DNA from: Eledone cirrhosa
Lineage: Eukaryota
NCBI GenBank assembly: GCA_964016885.1
Contig: OZ024750.1
Coordinates: forward strand, 372,001-436,000
DNA length: 64,000 nucleotides
Reading direction: 5' to 3'
The notes beneath the pieces were generated by a model that worked only from the letters and a program-made list of their open reading frames with translations, ran no database searches and was not told where the DNA came from. This document shows positions 58,901 to 64,000 of the stretch, one piece after another (within the stretch, counting starts at the first letter, position 1; each line of letters opens with the position of its first letter). Made by a program: the position numbers and the translations under genes.

Positions 58901-61856
58901 TATCAGTTTTAAAAAATTAAGTCTTATCTTCTAAGGATATTAGAAAATAGTAACTTCAGGTTTTTAATATAACCAGTTTCTTTCAATAAACGGTATTACT
59001 TGATTGTATATATTTTTATTTTATTTCTCGAAAAAAAAATACAAGTGAAATCGAAGGCAGTGAGAACTTAAGACTGCTCTAATGAATAAAAATAACTCAT
59101 CCAGAGACTTTACCTACTGTTCTACCATGGATCAAAAAATTATTTTCAAAAAGTTTTTAATTTGTTTGTTTGTTTTTTAAATCGGCAACTAAACACTTGT
59201 GATTAACAGGGTGTCTGAAGTTTGTTATATTAAAATGATCCGTTAATATTATGGTCACATACTAATAATTAAATGTAAAGGCACATGGCTTAGTGGTTAG
59301 AGCATTGGCCTTGCAATCGAAAGGTTGTGAGTTCAATTCTCAGACCGGGTGATGTGTTGTTTCCTTGAGCAAGACACTTTATTTCACATTGCTCCAGTTT
59401 ACTCAGCTGTAGAAATGAGATGATAGGGACTGGGGTCCAAATCATTCCACTGCAAAGTGGTCGTGTAGGTGCCGCGGCAAAAAAGCACCCAGCACTCACT
59501 GTAAATGAGGTTGGTGTTAGGAAGGGCATCCAGCTGTAGAAATCAAGCCAGAATCAGTTCCCGTCCCACCCTTGCAAGCAGGGAAAAAGCGGACGTAAAA
59601 TGAAATGATGATGAATGAAATGATGAAAGTAACCTACGATAGAATGTTATACTCTGAGAGTGGCCATGCTGCCAAAAACGAAACGAAAAAGAAAAAAAAT
59701 CTACAATAGGATTTTCGGTTCTATTGGAACATAAATAAATTCAACTTCTTGTCATTCTCTCTTCCTGTATGTGTGTGTATATATATATATATAACATGTA
59801 TCCCAGTACAACCTGTCTCATGGTCGGGTCGTTGGCGACTAAACTGGCAACCCCACCAAGGTTTCTTGGTGAGGAGGGTGACTTTGGACTAAAAACAAAA
59901 CCTGTCAAAGAGCAAAGGAGCTCTTAAGAGTCAATGGCCATCCAAAATCACCAGGAGAGATGACCCCTTAGCCTTTGTCAAGGCAGAATTCTATGAGAAG
60001 GAAAACTCTGATATAACACCTGCAGCCCTGATGGTATCCAATGATGTTGACTTGTTCTTTTTGGTAAATATCATCTTGGTTAAGAGAGTGGGACTGGCTT
60101 TGTGCAGTGCCTTTGCTCACTATAAAAGCGTCACGGCACAGGCATTGCTTTATATCTGGAGATCTCTCTGCACTTGTCACATGGTACCATGGGTCCAGCA
60201 CTAGGTGTCAATAATTGTCACAAGTGTAGTGTTTGTACCAGAGTTTTCAAGTCGCTGGCTGGACTAAAAAGTCACACTCGTTCAACGCATCGGTAGGGGT
60301 TCTCCTACATGGATATAAAGTAGTGGCCGTACTCGAAAACGAGTTGGCAGCCACCATATATATAGTAAACTTAAGAGGAAAACAACAAGAAAACACTACT
60401 TCCACAAAATAGTATACTTATATATTGATTAGCTCGTCCTTTCTATCAGATGTCTCTACTAGTTATCTTTATTATATTACACACACATTGCTAAAGTTTT
60501 TATCATAAAAAAAGTACTAACATTAATTACCAACTTCTACGCACATAATCTATGACATATTTCTACTACTGTCAACAGGTTGGAGAGACTAGAACTATTA
60601 GTGTCAGACAACAAAATGCTATTTTAGTTAGGACACTTTACGTTCTTTCTGGGGCCGAACAAATAAAATACTAATCAATTACTCGGACCGACTTATATTT
60701 TTAGATGGCCTTCTATCTACATGTTCGTAATATCGGAGCTGTGATCACTCAATTCGGACATGTGGTTAGAATGTCTAAGGAAAGAATTACTGAACAAATT
60801 TTACGGGCAAAACCATCTGCCAGGAGACAAGGGTAGATCCCCGAGCAAAGTGTTTGTACAATATCCATGAGCTCAGCTGGAAGGAGTGTTTGAGGACTTG
60901 ACTCGCACGAATAAGTGGGCGAAGAAGACTCTAGATGTTAATGGAATTATAACAGATGCTTGTTTTTAAAACCCAACGAGATAACAGAGAAAATGATCAG
61001 CAAAGGAGAACGAAACCTTTGACATAAATTCCTAATAAATTGATTTATATGTCGTACATGCCTGGCAAGTGATTTCATTTGAGCAGTGTCGAAACTAAAT
61101 CAAATTACATCGTGGAAGAATCATTTTAGCCACTAAAAAAAGAGGAAAAAAAAAACCCAAAACACACAAAACTTAAATCTACTTTACATTTCTTGGTGTC
61201 AAAATGTTCGTTCCTTTGTTTGCAGCATAGTAACTGACACAATATTTACTGCAAGTATATCGATGTATTTTAATTGTTCCATTTTCGGAATTCGACAAAG
61301 CTATATAAAGTTGGAAATAGTGAAAAAGACGAACGGCGCCATTTAAAAAGCGACAGCTGTCTGGATATCTACATAATTACATGTGATACTTCCAACGGCA
61401 GAACTACATCAATCATGTGGCTTTTGACTTAACAGTATTTCAAACTTTGATGAAAAGTTGAAGTAAACATTAATAAATCCTAAAAGCTGAAAAAAGAATA
61501 TGAAAACTGCAAAGCATGTGGCCGCCGGCTTCTGTGAAATACTCCTTTATTTGAAGATGTAACATTTCATAAAGGTTGTTCATAACACTATTAACTAAAT
61601 ATTGTAGTAATATATATACCAAGGTAAATTTAAATAGAGGGATTATTAATATTGGAGAATGTGATAAATAATAGGGATCATTTATAGCAAAATAAGACAT
61701 ACCTTCATGCTCAACTTGTTCCGCCCAGCTCAGTTTTCCTCTAGTTAAAAATAAAGATGATATATATTAATATACACAATTAAGTAAAGAAATATACATT
61801 TAAACGTTAGTGTAAATATAATATTGAGTTAATATAATGAAAACTTACGCATTCAT
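52979..61856 (-). CDS. EIF3G: Eukaryotic translation initiation factor 3 subunit G, 10 coding exons, 924 nt, 307 aa
   Basis: SWAEQVE, ARRKQWKKFG..DPPGPN, zinc knuckle [64 protein letters not shown]. Exon phases are consistent. Confidence 0.95.
53183..53289 (-). CDS. EIF3G: eIF3g exon 9
   Basis: [36 protein letters not shown]. Confidence 0.95.
54051..54184 (-). CDS. EIF3G: eIF3g exon 8
   Basis: [45 protein letters not shown]. Confidence 0.95.
54600..54918 (-). mobile_element. Family B SINE
   Basis: Near-identical to the other family B copies. Confidence 0.88.
54965..55286 (+). mobile_element. RTE 3' UTR fragment
   Basis: Matches the reverse complement of 43920-44290. Confidence 0.75.
55376..55658 (-). 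CDS. EIF3G: eIF3g exon 7 (3' boundary probably a GC donor)
   Basis: [35 protein letters not shown]...[11 protein letters not shown]...GESMNNSKR. Confidence 0.88.
55719..55904. mobile_element. piggyBac-like P1 MITE (best-preserved copy)
   Basis: TTAA-CCCTTTAGCATTTA...TAAATGCTAAAGGG-TTAA. Confidence 0.9.
56235..56339 (-). CDS. EIF3G: eIF3g exon 6
   Basis: [35 protein letters not shown]. Confidence 0.95.
56802..56861 (-). CDS. EIF3G: eIF3g exon 5
   Basis: [20 protein letters not shown]. Confidence 0.92.
57681..57885. mobile_element. piggyBac-like P1 MITE
   Basis: Left TTAACCCTTTAGCATTTA, decayed right TIR. Confidence 0.8.
57968..58089 (-). CDS. EIF3G: eIF3g exon 4
   Basis: [12 protein letters not shown]...[21 protein letters not shown]. 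Confidence 0.88.
58186..58233 (-). CDS. EIF3G: eIF3g exon 3 (48 nt, symmetric)
   Basis: [16 protein letters not shown], good AG and GTAAG sites. Confidence 0.75.
59279..59612 (+). mobile_element. Family B SINE, full length
   Basis: tRNA head GGCACATGGCTTAGTGGTTAGAGC...GAGTTCAATTC, CORE-like middle and RTE-type tail. Confidence 0.9.
59804..60356 (+). mobile_element. Internally deleted RTE-derived element (5' UTR joined to the extreme 3' end)
   Basis: The 5' part recurs at ~63205-63395. The 3' part encodes [25 protein letters not shown], an RTE-type terminal zinc finger. Confidence 0.65.
61703..61740 (-). CDS. EIF3G: eIF3g exon 2
   Basis: [12 protein letters not shown]. Confidence 0.9.
61849..61856 (-). 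CDS. EIF3G: eIF3g exon 1 coding part (ATG AAT GC)
   Basis: ATG followed by a GTAAGT donor, phase matches exon 2. Confidence 0.75.
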
Positions 61857-61908
61857 ATTGAATGGAATACGTCTAGAGCCGCCACAAACTGCAGAATTTT
61901 CCTTGTGG

Positions 61909-61934
61909 TACCCACAATGCAACGCACATCCGGT
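61909..61934. promoter_or_regulatory. eIF3g promoter: ZNF143/Staf-like motif and ETS-like site
   Basis: TACCCACAATGCAACG and ACATCCGGT, 50-80 bp upstream of the ATG. Confidence 0.5.
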
Positions 61935-62519
61935 TTGACTCAGAACTTCAATTGCTGTCACAAATAGATTTTAGACGAAGAATTCTTTGTTGTTTGCTTC
62001 TAAATCTGTCTTAACTAAGCAGCTATCAATAAAATCATTCCAGTCGTAACCACACATTATTTTTTGTAGTCAGTTTGACTAAGATTATATGATCCAACGT
62101 GTTTTCTTTTTGATAGGATATTTGGCTACTGTTTCGAGCAGAGTGATTGGCCATACAGAAGCTGGAGGAACTAACGTGGTTGTTAATTTTATCGTTTTAT
62201 AGCATCTTCAGACTAATATATATGGATGTTGTTTAGCTACATGTCAAATCTGATCAAGAAGACAAACATGTTTAAAGACATTCCAACTATAGTCAAGTCT
62301 TATTTTCAGACAGCAGTGTGGTTTGTGTAGATTTAGCTGATGCTTTTAGCAGACCAAGTGACCACTTAGAGGTTTTTCAACTATGTCAGTGTAATTTGTG
62401 TCCTGTTCACGATCATAAGGTCTTGAGTTCGATTCCTGGCGGCACGTTGTGTCCTTGAGCAAGACATTTTATTTCAAGTTGCTACAGTCCACTCAGCTGG
62501 GAAAAATGAGTTGTACCTT

Positions 62520-62893
62520 CATCATTTCATTTTACGCCCGCTTTTCCCTGCTTGCAAGGGTGGGACGGGAACTGATTCCGGCTTGATTTCTACAGCTGGA
62601 TGCCCTTCCTAACACCACCTCATTTACAGTGAGTGCTGGGTGCTTTTTTTCCGTGGCACCTCCACTTTACGGTGAGTGCTGGGTGCTTTTTTTGCCGTGG
62701 CCCCTCCACGGCCACTTTGCAGTGGAATGATAGGGACCCCAGCCCTATCATCTCATTTCTACAGCTGAGTGAACTGGAGCAATGTGAAATAAAGTGTCTT
62801 GCTCAAGGAAACAACATCACCCGGTCTGAGAATTGAACTCACAACCTTTCGATTGCAAGGCCAATGCTCTAACCACTAAGCCATGTGCCTCCA
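62520..62893 (-). mobile_element. Family B SINE inserted into an older CORE-type SINE
   Basis: 9-bp TSD TTGTACCTT at 62511-62519 and 62894-62902. The host SINE continues on both sides. Confidence 0.88.
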
Positions 62894-63489
62894 TTGTACC
62901 TTGTCACGCTGAATCTCCCTGAGAACCACATTAACAGAACACACGTCTGTGGTCTACTCACCCCCTTCCTAACCAACAGGGTCCAACAACAATTTTATTA
63001 TTTGAACACGGGGCAGCCCTGATTAAGCAAACTGGAGCGAGTCCCTCTGTTCCATGTGTACATGTCAGTTTGTGTGTGTTAGTTACAGTATGTAGGTATG
63101 TTAGTGAATCAGTGTATACATGTATATGTGGGGGTGGAATGTTATCAGGCACGTGTTTTATGTGTGTATATGTTGCAGTATATATTTTTGTGTATGTATA
63201 TATAGGTTGTTCTCGAGCACTACTGCTAACTCAGTTCAACCTGTCATATGATCAGGTTGTTCGCAACTAAACCGGCAACCTTATCAAGCTTTACTTAGTG
63301 AGGAGGTTGATTTTGGGTGGGGGGACACCCTGTGACTTGAAAAGCAAAACCCATCAAAGGTCCGAGTAACTAAGAGAGTCAACAGCCATCCAAGTGTGTA
63401 TATATGTATATTTTTTTATATGTATATGCCTTTATATATACATTTTAACTTTTTTCATCTTTTATGTACATGTCTGCTTATGTGGTGCA

Positions 63490-64000
63490 GGGATATGTAG
63501 TTCTGAAGCTTGATGTATGAACAAAGACCATCACAGCTGCTCCCAAGCCACTAATTTTTATTAAGATGAAAACTGAAGCCATTTAACCCCTGGTTATTCT
63601 TAATATGATTCACTTGCTGAGGAATCTTGAAATAATAGCTTGGTGCCTAGTGTGGGGTAACTCACCTGCAATCAATATGGCTTTCTAGTCATCTTGCTTA
63701 TGCTTGCTACAAGTATATAGTTGCATTGATACGGCAGGTGTTATGTGTGTTGCACCAGCACATTTCATCAAGGTTTTATGAGCAGGTATCTATTCAGAAG
63801 TCCAGTGGGGTTGATGTGTGCAAACTTAACAGGTTGGAAGCACATAGAGATGACACTTTGCTTATCTTAACATTGTTGTATTGTTTTCAAATAAACTTGG
63901 GTGGAGCATTGAGTATCTGAGCAGTCCTATTTAGGTGAAAGCTGCTCATCCAGTTTCCAACAAGGGTCTAGAAAAGGTGACCTAATCCTCATGTGCTCAT
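63490..64000 (-). mobile_element. Decayed RTE LINE 3' fragment
   Basis: Remnants of LETG*AAF, FQPVKFAHINP, CWCNT and a terminal zinc finger-like segment. Confidence 0.5.

Noticed and set aside
59279-59350. tRNA gene
   Set aside because: It has A/B boxes but no acceptor stem, and it continues into a multi-copy SINE body.

Overview
Eukaryotic, AT-rich, repeat-dense genomic DNA. It is most likely a cephalopod (Octopus-like), inferred from the tRNA/CORE-SINE and RTE repeat content. Two complete intron-containing genes on the minus strand were reconstructed by hand with consistent splice phases. AP-3 complex subunit beta has 24 coding exons (16369-49102, 1077 aa). eIF3 subunit G has 10 coding exons (52979-61856, 307 aa) and one probable GC-AG intron. 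A third minus-strand gene may start near 4335. The rest is transposable elements and satellites: a young 5'-truncated CR1-group LINE with an uninterrupted RT frame inside a compound (TA)n satellite, a solo LTR nested in a SINE, piggyBac-like and Tc1/mariner MITEs, a DD37D mariner relic, RTE, R4/Dong and L2-like relics, and several SINE families whose tails match LINE 3' ends seen in the same window. The best leads are the LINE/SINE shared 3' stem-loop with a compensatory change, a candidate 18-nt AP3B microexon, an inverted young SINE pair around eIF3g exons 3-7, a fold-back element with two inward-facing tRNA-like arms, and an internally deleted RTE with a ribozyme-like 5' end. No CRISPR array, rRNA or genuine tRNA gene was found. 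Repeat boundaries are approximate unless TSDs are given.
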